Source: Gemmatimonadota bacterium
Lineage (GTDB): Bacteria; Gemmatimonadota; Gemmatimonadetes; Longimicrobiales; Gaopeijiaceae
Direction of reading: 5' to 3'
Length of the DNA: 64,000 nt
Assembly: GCA_022825135.1 (NCBI GenBank)
Contig: JAJDYN010000022.1
Coordinates: forward strand, 68,891-132,890
The position numbers were made by a program, and so were the translations under genes. Numbering within the stretch: position 1 is the first letter of the stretch; each line of letters begins with the position of its first letter. Below the pieces are notes generated by a model, which saw only the letters and a program-made list of their open reading frames with translations, did not search any database and was not told the DNA's origin. Shown piece by piece: positions 28,110 through 37,598 of the stretch.

Positions 28110-31100
28110 TCAGGTGGCCGGAGCCCGCGCGGCCACCTTCCCGGCTCGCCCGCGGCGGCCCTCGATGAGCAGGTAGATGGCCGGGGTCGTGGCCAGCACG
28201 AAGACCGTGGAGGACAGCAGCCCGCCGATGAGCGCGTAGCCGAGGGCGTTCCAGATGGTTGAGTCGGCGGTCTCGGAGAAGAGCACCAGCGGGAGCAGCC
28301 CGAGCACCGTGGTGGCGGTGGTCATCAGGATCGGCCGCACCCGCTCGAGGGTGCCGGCGAGAATGGCGGCATGCAGATCATCCCCGGATTCGCGCCGGAC
28401 GCGGTTGATGTTGTCCACCAGCAGGATCGCGTTGTTGACCACGATGCCGCCCATCATGATGACCCCCACGTACGCCTCCCGGGTGAACGACGCGCCCGTG
28501 TAGAAGAACATCAGGAAGACCCCGATCAGCGCCATGGGGACCGTGAGCAGGACGCACAGCGGCAGGCGCACCGACTCGAAGAGCGCGGCGGTCACCATGT
28601 AGATGAGGAGGATCGACACCGCCAGCACCGCGTAGATCTGCCTGCGGTCCTCGTCGCTCCACCGGAATCCCTGATCCTCCTCGATCACGTAGCCAACCGG
28701 CAGTTCGGTGGACTCGATGATGCCGTCGTAGTACTGGTCGCCGAGCCGGCGCGGTCCGGCGAACTCGTACGCCACCCTGCGCTCGTACTGCTGGTCCTCG
28801 CGGCGGATCCAGGCGAGCACGTCCACGGGGGCGATCGAGACCACGTCGCCCAGGCGGATGCCGCTGCCGGTGGAAGTGGCGATGATGGTCTCGAGAAGCT
28901 CCTGCACGTCGGTGTCGCGGTACCCCTCGAGCTTCACCTCGTAGCGCACTTCGTCGCCGCCGATCTTGAGCTGGGCCTCGCTGGTCTGGCCCGAGACGGC
29001 CGCGTTCATGCGCGCGACCAGCTCCTGCACCGAAATGTCGTGGCGCGCCAGCTGGTCGCGCTCGATCTCGACCACGAACTCGGTCGCGCGCTCGCGGACG
29101 AATCGCCCGGCGGAGTTGGTGTCGATGGTGCGAACCCGCGGCACGCGCGCAAGCCGGTCGCCCAGATCTTCGGCGATCTCGCGCACCTGCTCGTAATTGT
29201 ACCCCAGTACCTTCATGGAATAGTTCGGCGAAGCGCCTCCGCCTCCGCCGTAGAATCCCAGGCCTTGGCCGATCACCCGCACCTCGGCCCCGGTGAAGCC
29301 CAGGCTGTGGCTGAACATCTGTTCCTTGATGGCCATCGGGATGCCGGTGTTCTCGAGCGAATCGGGGAAGTTGACGGTGATCTGCCCGTACGTGCCCGTC
29401 ACGGTCGAGGAGAAGCGTTCCACCTCCGGAATCGCCGCCAGCCGCTGCTCGAAAGAGCGAACCAGGTTGTCGGTGCGCTCCAGGTCGGAGCCGCGCGGCA
29501 ATTCGATATTGATGAGGACGTAGGTGTCCAGGCCGCCCATTCCCCCGCCCCAGAGCACGCCCCGGGTGACGTGGTTCTCGAACAGATACCACGACCCGCC
29601 GAAGGCCAGCACCGCCACCGTCACCGCCAGCCAGGCGCGGCGCAGGGTGAAGCCGATGATGGTCGAGTAGACCCGGGTATAGAGCGGCGTCCTCCGTCCG
29701 CGGCGCGCCGGCGCACCTGCGGAAGGCGCATCGCCCGGGACACCGGACTCGGGGACGGCTCCCGCGCCGCGGGACTGGCTTCGATGGGCTGAACCGGTCG
29801 CCGCTTCGTCCCGCCGCACACGAGGCAGCACGCGCGCGGCCAGCGCGGGGATGAATGTGAACGCCACCAGCAGCGAGGCCCCCAGCGTCAGCGCGACCAC
29901 GATCGCAAGCGGCACATAGAACACCCGCAACTCCCCCTGCAGGTACACGAAGGGCACGAAGACGATGAGGGTGGTGGCGGTGGAGGTGAGGATCGGCAAC
30001 ACCACCTGGCGGGTGCCCTCGGTTGCCGCACCCACGGCGTCCCGCCCGCCCTGCCAGCGGCGGAACACGCTCTCCAGCACCACGATGGCGTTGTCCACGA
30101 TCAGACCGAACCCCATCGCCAGCCCCATCAGCGTGAGCAGGTTGAGGGTCATGCCCCCGAAGTAGATCAGGTTCAGCGAGATGAGCACCGAGAACGCGAT
30201 CGTCAAGAAGACGACCCCCGCGAAGCGGAACGAGCGCAGGAACAGGAGCAGCACCGAGAAAATGACGAAAGCGGAGATGAGCGCCCTCGTGCGCAGATCG
30301 GTCAGCTGCTCCTTGATGGCCTCGCTCTCGTCATGGTCGAGGATCAGGCTCGTCCCGGCCAGCCTCGCCCGTTCCAGCTGTGCCACCCGTGCCTTGACCG
30401 CGTCGGCCGCCCGCACCGTGTTGGCGCCGATCTCGCGGATCACCATGAACGAGACCGCGGGCTGCCCGTTGATGCGGTTGTAGCTTCGGGGTTCCTCATA
30501 GCTGTCCCGCACGTCCGCCACATCCGAGACCCGCACCAGGGTTCCCTGGTTCTCGAGCAGCACCGTGCCCAGGATCTCCTCGGCGCGCGCAACGCGGTTC
30601 TGGATGGTTACGGACCATTCCCGGTCGCCCTCGCGGACCGCTCCGGCCTCCCGCACCAGGTCGAGGTCATTGATCCGACTGTTCACCACGCCCGGCGAGA
30701 GCCCGAGCGAACTGACCCGGTCCTCGTTCAGCTCGATCTCGATCAGGCGCTCTCGTCCGCCCCTTGCCTGAACCAGCGCCACGCCTTCGATCTGCGAGAG
30801 ATCCGGCACCACGCGGTCGTCGAGGTCGGCCCGGAGCGCCTCGAGCGTGTAGGGGCCGGTGTAGGTGTAGCGCAGGAACCCGCGCTGGCTGCGGGACTCG
30901 AACTCGGGCGGGACGTACGGCCGGACGAGAATCCGCCGCACGGCCGGAGGCAGTTCCTCCTCGAGGGCCGAGAGCCGCTCGGAGAGGTCGAGCCGCGCGA
31001 AGTCCATGTCCGTGTCGCGGCTGAACTGCACTTCGATGCTGGAGGTTCCGGTTCCCTGTATCTCGCTGGACAGGGAGACGACCTTTTCCACCCCCTTGAC

Positions 31101-31313
31101 CTGCTGAACGGCAGCCTCGATGGGGGACGTAAGGAAGGCTTCCACCGTCTCGGGCGAGGCGCCGCGCCATTCGGCGTCCACGTTGAGCCGGGGCAGCTGG
31201 GTTTCGGGCAGCAGTTCGATGGGGATGTTGCGCCAGGCGCTGGCTCCCATGAGGGCGATCGCGAGGCAGCCCATGGCCACCGCCACCGGCCGCCGGATGC
31301 TCCCGCCGATCAC
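28110..31313 (-). CDS. efflux RND transporter permease subunit (second of tandem pair)
   Basis: GTG 31313 is preceded by GGAGG. IRRPVAVAMGCLAIALMGASAWRNIPIELLPE is an AcrB-type N-terminus. About 1067 aa with 12-TM architecture. Confidence 0.88.
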   Translation of the reverse strand: MIGGSIRRPVAVAMGCLAIALMGASAWRNIPIELLPETQLPRLNVDAEWRGASPETVEAFLTSPIEAAVQQVKGVEKVVSLSSEIQGTGTSSIEVQFSRDTDMDFARLDLSERLSALEEELPPAVRRILVRPYVPPEFESRSQRGFLRYTYTGPYTLEALRADLDDRVVPDLSQIEGVALVQARGGRERLIEIELNEDRVSSLGLSPGVVNSRINDLDLVREAGAVREGDREWSVTIQNRVARAEEILGTVLLENQGTLVRVSDVADVRDSYEEPRSYNRINGQPAVSFMVIREIGANTVRAADAVKARVAQLERARLAGTSLILDHDESEAIKEQLTDLRTRALISAFVIFSVLLLFLRSFRFAGVVFLTIAFSVLISLNLIYFGGMTLNLLTLMGLAMGFGLIVDNAIVVLESVFRRWQGGRDAVGAATEGTRQVVLPILTSTATTLIVFVPFVYLQGELRVFYVPLAIVVALTLGASLLVAFTFIPALAARVLPRVRRDEAATGSAHRSQSRGAGAVPESGVPGDAPSAGAPARRGRRTPLYTRVYSTIIGFTLRRAWLAVTVAVLAFGGSWYLFENHVTRGVLWGGGMGGLDTYVLINIELPRGSDLERTDNLVRSFEQRLAAIPEVERFSSTVTGTYGQITVNFPDSLENTGIPMAIKEQMFSHSLGFTGAEVRVIGQGLGFYGGGGGASPNYSMKVLGYNYEQVREIAEDLGDRLARVPRVRTIDTNSAGRFVRERATEFVVEIERDQLARHDISVQELVARMNAAVSGQTSEAQLKIGGDEVRYEVKLEGYRDTDVQELLETIIATSTGSGIRLGDVVSIAPVDVLAWIRREDQQYERRVAYEFAGPRRLGDQYYDGIIESTELPVGYVIEEDQGFRWSDEDRRQIYAVLAVSILLIYMVTAALFESVRLPLCVLLTVPMALIGVFLMFFYTGASFTREAYVGVIMMGGIVVNNAILLVDNINRVRRESGDDLHAAILAGTLERVRPILMTTATTVLGLLPLVLFSETADSTIWNALGYALIGGLLSSTVFVLATTPAIYLLIEGRRGRAGKVAARAPAT

Positions 31314-31374
31314 TGCGCCACCTCCGCCGCCGGCGCGGGCACGATGCCGGACCGTCCGGAAACGCCGGCCGCGC

Positions 31375-34300
31375 TCACGGGAGCACCTCCGCCGCCCGGG
31401 CCGGGCGCGGCGCGTGAGCCCTCCCGCGCGACCGGGCGTGGCCGCTCTCCACCACGGAGTACACCACCGGCACGACGATGAGCGTGAGCGCGGTGGCCAC
31501 AACCAGTCCCCCGATCACCGCGATGGCGAGCGGCGCGCGCAGGTCGGCGCCGCGCCCGATGCCCAGTGCCAGCGGCGTAAGCCCGCAGACGGTCGTCACC
31601 GTGGTCATGACGATGGGCCGCAGGCGCACCCTCCCGGCTTCCAGAATCGCCTCCCGCAGCGCGGCCCCTCGAGCCCGCGCCTGGTTGATGAACTCCACTT
31701 TCACGATCGCGTCGTTGACCACGATGCCCACCAGGATGACGACCCCGATCAGGCTCATGGTGTTCAGGCTCTGGCCGGAGAGCGCCAGTGCCAGCACTGC
31801 GCCGGAGAGCGCGAGCGGAACCGAAATGAGAATGATCACCGGGTGTCGGAAGGACTCGAACTGTGCCGCCAGGATCATGTAGACGAGTACCAGCGCGAGC
31901 GCAAACGCGAAGGCGAGGTCGCGGAACGAGCGGCGCATCTCCTCGTTTTCCCCGCCCACGTCGACGCGCACGTCGAAAGGCGGCGGAAGCGCCGCCAGTC
32001 TGTCGTCCACCGTGGCGATGGCGCGGTTGAGGCCGCCGGAGATCACGTCGGCGTAGACGGTGACCACCCGTCCCTGGTCTTCGCGGTGGATCTCCGCCGG
32101 GCCCACGGCCTCGCGCACGCTGACCAGCTCCCGCAGGGGCACCCCGCGTACCTGCAGCGCGTCGAGCGTCTCGGCGGAAAAGCGCAGCGCGTCGGGCAAC
32201 CTCACCACCACGTCGATCTTGCGGTCGAAGTCGACGAACTCCGTGGCCCGGTCGCCGCGCATGGCGCGCTCGATCTCCTCGGCGATGAGGCGCGGATCCA
32301 CGTCGTGCCGCGCGGCCACGTCGCGCAGGATCTCGACCTGGACCTGCGGCTGACCGCGGCCGGTGCCGACCCGCACATTGCCGATCTCCGCCAGCGTGGA
32401 CAGCTCTTCGCGAACCGTCTCGGCGTAGGCGTAGCTCTCCTCGAGGTTCTCGCCGCGGATGCGCACTGCGATGTCGGCGTCGGCTCCGCCCAGTACGGTG
32501 CCGAGGGCGGTCGCCTGTCCGGCCTCGAAGGCGAGCGTCCCCGGCGGGAAGCGGGCCTCGACCTCGCGCACCCGCTCCAGCACGCCGTCCGTGGCGATCC
32601 CCGGGTGGAGCCGCACTTCGAGGGTGCCTGTGTGCGCGCCCGAGGTCTCCTCGCTCTCCATGTAGGAGCGGATGTCTTCGCCCACCCGGGAGAAGACGGT
32701 CTCGACGCCGGGATCGTCGCGAAGCGCCCGTTCGATCTCCTCCACGGCCAGCGCGGTCGCGGCCAGCCCGGTCCCCTCCGGCAGCTCGAGACGCACCCGG
32801 AACCCGCCCTGATCGACGTCGGGCAGCAGGTCTCGATCCAGGGCCAGCCCGAGCGCCAGCGTGGCGGCCAGCGCGGCGGCGGAAACCGCCAGCACCCGCC
32901 CGCGGTGGTCGAGTGACAACTCGAGGAGCCGGTGATAACGGTCGGCGAAACGCTGGAACCCGCGGTCGAAGGCGGCGAGCAGCGGCCCGAACAGGCGGCT
33001 GCACACCCCGGCCAGCCCCTCCCACCAGAAGCGCACCAGCGCGCGCGCCAGCGCGAAGGCTCCCGCGACCAGCCGGAAGGGGAGCGCCACGACCCACAGA
33101 AACGCCCGCCCGATCCTCGCCAGCATCCCCCGCCGGAGCGCCGGCCGGGCCGGTTCGGCTCGATCGCGCGCCCGCGCCCGGTCCACGAAGCGCGCCGCCA
33201 TCCCCGGCAGCAGCGTCAGCGCCACCAGCAGGCTGGCCAGCAGGGAGAAGGCCACCGCGAGCGACAGGTCGCCGAACAGCTCGCCCGCCACCCCCTCGAT
33301 GTAGATGATCGGCCCGAACACCGAGATGGTCGTGAGGGTCGAAGCCGTGATCGCCCCCTGGACCTCCTCGCCCCCGAGGGCGGAAGCCTCCGCCGACGGG
33401 ACGCCCGCCTCCCGGTGCCGGAAGATGTTCTCGAGCACGATGATGGAGTTGTCGACCAGCATGCCCACGCCGAGCGCCATCCCCCCCAGGCTCATGATGT
33501 TCAGCGAGACCCCGAACGCCTCCATCAGCGCGAACGCGCCCACCACGGAGATGGGAATCGCGAGCGCGATGGCGAACGGGTAGCGCGGGTCGCGCAGGAA
33601 GAAGAAGAGCACCAGGAACGCCAGCATGCCCCCGAACACCAGCGCCTGCACGACGTTGCTGATGGAGTCGGAGATGAAGCCCGCCTGGGAGTAGGCGATG
33701 TCCACGGTGATGTCCGGAAACTCGACCGCCAGAATGCCGAGCGCCTCCTGGATCTGGTCGGCCACCGCCACCGTGTTGGCGCCGGACTCCTTGTACACCA
33801 GCAGCCCCACGGCCTCGGCGCCGTTGTAGCGGGCGATGGACTCGCGGTCGGCGAATCCGTCCACCACCCGGGCCACGTCATCCATCCGCACCAGGCGAAA
33901 GCTGCCCTCCTCCTCCTGCTGCCCGCCCGTCTCGGTCTGCTGGCGGCCCACCACCACCTGCCCGATCTGGTCCACGGTCTGGAACTCGCCCAGGGTGCGC
34001 AGCGGGTAGCGGTATCGCCCGCGCAGGATCGATCCGCCCGGGGCGGAGAAGTTGGCCCGATCGAGGGCGACCGCCACTTCCTCCATCTCGAGCCCGTACG
34101 AGAGGAGCAGGTCGGGATCCACCTCCACCTGGATCTCGCGGTCCAGCCCCCCCGTGACGGCCGCCTGCGCCACCCCGTCGAGCTGCTCGAGCCGCCGCCG
34201 GAACACCGTTTCCACGAAGTCCTTGGTCGCCCACAGGTCGGTGCCCCCGGCGACGGACAACACCATGATGGGTTCGGACTCGGGATCGATGCGCAGGATC

Positions 34301-34680
34301 CGCGGCCGCTCCGATGTCTCGGGGAGGAACTCGCGGATGTTGTCGACCCGCTCGCGCACGTTGAGCATGGCGAAATCCATGTCCGTGCCCCAGGCGAAGC
34401 GAAGCGTCACCAGGCTCACCCCGTCGCGCGATACCGACGTCACCCTCTCGACCCCCGGCACCGCCGCCCCCTGGGCTTCCACCAATTCCGTGATGAGCCG
34501 CTCGACCTCCGCCGGCGCCACGTCCGGATAGGTCGTGTAGACCACCAGGCGCGGGTAGCTCACGTCGGGCAGAAGGTCGATGGGCAGCCGCAGGAAGGAG
34601 ATGACGCCCAGCAGGGAGATGGCCAGGAAGAGCATGGCCACGGCGACGGGCCGCCGCGTCGAGATGCGGGGAATCGACAT
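31375..34680 (-). CDS. efflux RND transporter permease subunit (first of tandem pair)
   Basis: MSIPRISTRRPVAVAMLFLAISLLGVISFLRLPIDLLPD. 1101 aa of the AcrB/MdtB/MdtC type. Confidence 0.9.
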   Translation of the reverse strand: MSIPRISTRRPVAVAMLFLAISLLGVISFLRLPIDLLPDVSYPRLVVYTTYPDVAPAEVERLITELVEAQGAAVPGVERVTSVSRDGVSLVTLRFAWGTDMDFAMLNVRERVDNIREFLPETSERPRILRIDPESEPIMVLSVAGGTDLWATKDFVETVFRRRLEQLDGVAQAAVTGGLDREIQVEVDPDLLLSYGLEMEEVAVALDRANFSAPGGSILRGRYRYPLRTLGEFQTVDQIGQVVVGRQQTETGGQQEEEGSFRLVRMDDVARVVDGFADRESIARYNGAEAVGLLVYKESGANTVAVADQIQEALGILAVEFPDITVDIAYSQAGFISDSISNVVQALVFGGMLAFLVLFFFLRDPRYPFAIALAIPISVVGAFALMEAFGVSLNIMSLGGMALGVGMLVDNSIIVLENIFRHREAGVPSAEASALGGEEVQGAITASTLTTISVFGPIIYIEGVAGELFGDLSLAVAFSLLASLLVALTLLPGMAARFVDRARARDRAEPARPALRRGMLARIGRAFLWVVALPFRLVAGAFALARALVRFWWEGLAGVCSRLFGPLLAAFDRGFQRFADRYHRLLELSLDHRGRVLAVSAAALAATLALGLALDRDLLPDVDQGGFRVRLELPEGTGLAATALAVEEIERALRDDPGVETVFSRVGEDIRSYMESEETSGAHTGTLEVRLHPGIATDGVLERVREVEARFPPGTLAFEAGQATALGTVLGGADADIAVRIRGENLEESYAYAETVREELSTLAEIGNVRVGTGRGQPQVQVEILRDVAARHDVDPRLIAEEIERAMRGDRATEFVDFDRKIDVVVRLPDALRFSAETLDALQVRGVPLRELVSVREAVGPAEIHREDQGRVVTVYADVISGGLNRAIATVDDRLAALPPPFDVRVDVGGENEEMRRSFRDLAFAFALALVLVYMILAAQFESFRHPVIILISVPLALSGAVLALALSGQSLNTMSLIGVVILVGIVVNDAIVKVEFINQARARGAALREAILEAGRVRLRPIVMTTVTTVCGLTPLALGIGRGADLRAPLAIAVIGGLVVATALTLIVVPVVYSVVESGHARSRGRAHAPRPARAAEVLP

Positions 34681-34683
34681 GCG

Positions 34684-36054
34684 TCAGGGAAGCGGGGTGC
34701 CGCCGTCGAGCGGGCCGCCCACGACCTGCTCCAGCTCGATTCGGGCAGCGGCGAACTCGTAGCGGGCGTCGATCGCGGTGCGCCGTTCGTTGGCCGCCCC
34801 CTCGATCGCGAGTTGCAGGTCGGCGAAGGTGACTGTCGTCAGGCGGTATCCCTCCCGGGCCAGCCTGAGGCGCTCCTCCGCGATCTCGCTCGACAGTTCC
34901 GCCAGCCGGTAGCTGTCCCAGGCGCCGCGCAGGTCGATGAGACGGGAGCGCACGTCGCGCTCGATCTCCATGCGGGTCTGGCGCACCTCTTCCTCGGCAT
35001 TGGCCAACTCGACCTGGGCGTTGGCGATGTCTCGCTCGGCGGAAAAGCCCGTGAAAACGGGCAGGGAGAGGGACAGAGTGGCGCTGGCGTAGCGGGAGTC
35101 GCTGGAGAAGGGTTGGAAGGTAGCCGCGTAATCCTGACCATGGCCGCTCTGGAAGAATGCTGTGGTCAGGCTGATCGTCGGCAGGCGCGCGCTGCGGACG
35201 GCGCTCAGCGATGCACGGCTCACGTCCACCTGCGCCCGGTTCTGCAGGACGAGAGGGCTCTGGTCCAGCGCCCTGCCGATGAGCGCGACCTCGTCCAGCG
35301 CGGCCGGATCGAATGGCTCCGGAGCGGTGCCGCGGGTGGTGAATTCGCCCATGTCCGGCGCGACGATCTCCGCGCGCAGCGCCAGCACGGCCTTGGCGTG
35401 GTCATTCTCCGCCTGGCGAACCGCCCGCTCCTGCCGCTGGACCTCCAGTTCGGCCGCCAGGACGTCGACCCGGCTGCCGACGGCGAGTTCGAACAGCCTC
35501 GTCGTGCTCTCCAGATCCAGCCGCTTGCCCTCGAGGATCGCCATCTCCAGTTGGAGAAGATCCGACTGCCGGATGGTTTCGTAGAAGCTCGTTGCGACCC
35601 GCCCCCGGGTGGCGGTCATCTCCGCCTCGACCCTGCGCTCGCGGGCGACGCCCCGGGCGCGCTCCGCGCCGCGGTCATGGAAGCGCCTGCCGCCCTCGAA
35701 CAGGCTGAAGCGGGCCGAGATGTCCTGGCTGGAACGGGAGGCGGTGACCCATTCCACGTTTGGATTGGCGATCGGATTACCGAAGAAGTCCTCTGCCTGC
35801 AAACGCCGGTTGAGATTGACGTTGGTGCCCATACCCAGGGTGAGCCTCGGGAGGAAGGCCCCCCACGCCGCCCGCATCCCCGCCGGCGTCAGCTCCAGCT
35901 CGTTCACGGCCTGGCGCAGCAGCGGATTGTTCCGTCTCGCCAGTTCGAACGCGTCCTCGAGCGAAAGGACCTGCGGTTCCTGCCCTGCGAGCGGAGCCGC
36001 GGCGAGCAATGCCGCGAGCAAGCAGCACCGGAATCCCGCCTCCGAACGCCTCAT
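34684..36054 (-). CDS. TolC family outer membrane efflux protein
   Basis: ATG 36054 overlaps the MFP stop (ATGA). Signal peptide, then LSLEDAFELARRNNPLLRQA and repeated coiled-coil halves typical of TolC/OprM-family proteins. Confidence 0.85.
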   Translation of the reverse strand: MRRSEAGFRCCLLAALLAAAPLAGQEPQVLSLEDAFELARRNNPLLRQAVNELELTPAGMRAAWGAFLPRLTLGMGTNVNLNRRLQAEDFFGNPIANPNVEWVTASRSSQDISARFSLFEGGRRFHDRGAERARGVARERRVEAEMTATRGRVATSFYETIRQSDLLQLEMAILEGKRLDLESTTRLFELAVGSRVDVLAAELEVQRQERAVRQAENDHAKAVLALRAEIVAPDMGEFTTRGTAPEPFDPAALDEVALIGRALDQSPLVLQNRAQVDVSRASLSAVRSARLPTISLTTAFFQSGHGQDYAATFQPFSSDSRYASATLSLSLPVFTGFSAERDIANAQVELANAEEEVRQTRMEIERDVRSRLIDLRGAWDSYRLAELSSEIAEERLRLAREGYRLTTVTFADLQLAIEGAANERRTAIDARYEFAAARIELEQVVGGPLDGGTPLP

Positions 36055-37274
36055 TGTCCCGGCCCGGAGGAAGGAGCCGCGCCAGCCGGCATGTCTCCGC
36101 CGCCCGCCGGCATGTCCTCCTCGGCGAGCTGGACCGCCGCGTCGTGCCCGAGGAAGTGGTGGCCGTCCACGAGCACGATCTCTCCGGGATCGACCATCGA
36201 GGTCTCCGGGTTCTCCACAATTTCCACCACCCGGTCGTTCTCCAGCCCGGTGGTGACGTAGCGCCACTCGGTGCGGCCGATTTCCCCCTCCTCCTCATTG
36301 AAGACGAAGAGCATGGTGCGCCGATCGCGCTCCAGCACCGCCGAGCGCGGGACCAGGATGCGCTCCGTGAAGTGCTGCGCGTCCAGGGACACGCTCGCGT
36401 ACATCCCGGGCTTGATCCTGCCGCCGGGGTTGGGGAGCAGCACGGTCACGCGCGCCGAGCGGGTCTCGAGGTCGATGACCGGGTTGATGGTCTCCACCGT
36501 ACCGGTGAAGGTTTCGCCCGGGAACGCGGCGAAGGTCATGGTGGCGCGCCGGCCTTCTTCGAGGAGTCCGATCTCGCCCTCCAGCACCTGGGCCTCGACC
36601 TTGATGGGGTCCAGCTCCACGACGGTGACCAGCTCGTCGCCCTCGCCCACGAACTGTCCGGGCACGACCCGCAGGTCGGCGACCCGCCCGCCGAAGGGCG
36701 CTTCGATGCGGGTCCACGACAGCTCCAGCTCCGCCTGGCGAACGTTCACCGTGGCCTCGTCCAGACCGCTGCGCGAGCGAGCCACGCGCGCCCGCTCCGC
36801 GCGCACCCCGGCATCCGCGATCTCGTCGTCGAAGAGCACGATCTGCTCGTAGTCGGCCCGGGCCCCGGTGAGGCTGCTGTTGGCGCGCGCCAGCGCCAGC
36901 GCGTACTCGGTGGTGTCGATCTGGATGAGGAAGGTCTCGGAATCGACAGGATCGTTTTCCCGAACCGCCACCTCCCGCACCTGGCCGGCCACGCGGGCCG
37001 ACAGCGTGGCGCGCCGGAACGCGGCCGCGCCCCCCGACGCCGTGATGCGGATCCAGAGCGTATCGCGAAGCACGCGCGCCCCGCTGACCGGTTGCGCACG
37101 CCGGGCGAAGCTCTCCAGCGAGGCTTCCGGCACCTCGAGCGTCGTCGCCTCGGCCGGGGTTGCGGCATCCTCGTCCTGGGGAGTGGGGCGAAGCCTCAGG
37201 TAGATCCCCCCGCCGAGCAGCGCCGCGATGATCGCAACGGTTGTAACTCCCAGCGTCGTCTTCGAAAAGCTCAT
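36051..37274 (-). CDS. efflux RND transporter periplasmic adaptor (membrane fusion protein)
   Basis: ATG 37274 follows AAGGAA. N-terminal TM anchor, then lipoyl/beta-barrel motifs (RIEAPFGGRVADLRVVPGQFV, VTVLLPNPGGRIKPGMYASVSL). Confidence 0.85.
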   Translation of the reverse strand: MSFSKTTLGVTTVAIIAALLGGGIYLRLRPTPQDEDAATPAEATTLEVPEASLESFARRAQPVSGARVLRDTLWIRITASGGAAAFRRATLSARVAGQVREVAVRENDPVDSETFLIQIDTTEYALALARANSSLTGARADYEQIVLFDDEIADAGVRAERARVARSRSGLDEATVNVRQAELELSWTRIEAPFGGRVADLRVVPGQFVGEGDELVTVVELDPIKVEAQVLEGEIGLLEEGRRATMTFAAFPGETFTGTVETINPVIDLETRSARVTVLLPNPGGRIKPGMYASVSLDAQHFTERILVPRSAVLERDRRTMLFVFNEEEGEIGRTEWRYVTTGLENDRVVEIVENPETSMVDPGEIVLVDGHHFLGHDAAVQLAEEDMPAGGGDMPAGAAPSSGPGQ

Positions 37275-37492
37275 GGGCCGAATTCCTTGAGTTCGCTGGT
37301 TCCGGGGGCCGTTGCCCGCACGACGCGGAGTGCCGACAAGGCCATCGGAGACTGTACCCCACGGCACACCGGAACGATCTTGCAACTGGACATTTCGACG
37401 ATCGGAGCCCATCGAAGGGTTGCCGATCGAGGCGCCACGGGCAAGGTGGCGGGAAGGCGCGGGCGCGGCCATGGGAATACGGGATTCCTTGC

Positions 37493-37521
37493 TTGCTCTC
37501 CACCACAGCGCGGCCTAGTAT
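37493..37521 (+). promoter_or_regulatory. possible sigma70-like promoter for the LexA-family gene
   Basis: TTGCTC (37493-98), a 17-nt spacer, then TAGTAT (37516-21), about 78 bp upstream of ATG 37599. Pattern match only. Confidence 0.3.
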
Positions 37522-37598
37522 TTCTCCCTTTCCCGTCTGCCGCGGAGTCGGTGGGCGGACCAGCCAACGGAATCGACGGGCTCGCCGAAACACTGTAC

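Noticed and set aside
36009-37598. 530 extra N-terminal codons of the ORF containing the LexA-like gene.
   Set aside because: This part is antisense to the MFP gene and crosses the intergenic region. LexA-like homology begins exactly at ATG 37599.
37275-37598. Canonical SOS box (CTGT-N8-ACAG or GAAC-N4-GTTC) upstream of the LexA-like gene.
   Set aside because: CTGT occurs twice, but the partner ACAG at 8-nt spacing is absent. No GAAC-N4-GTTC was seen.
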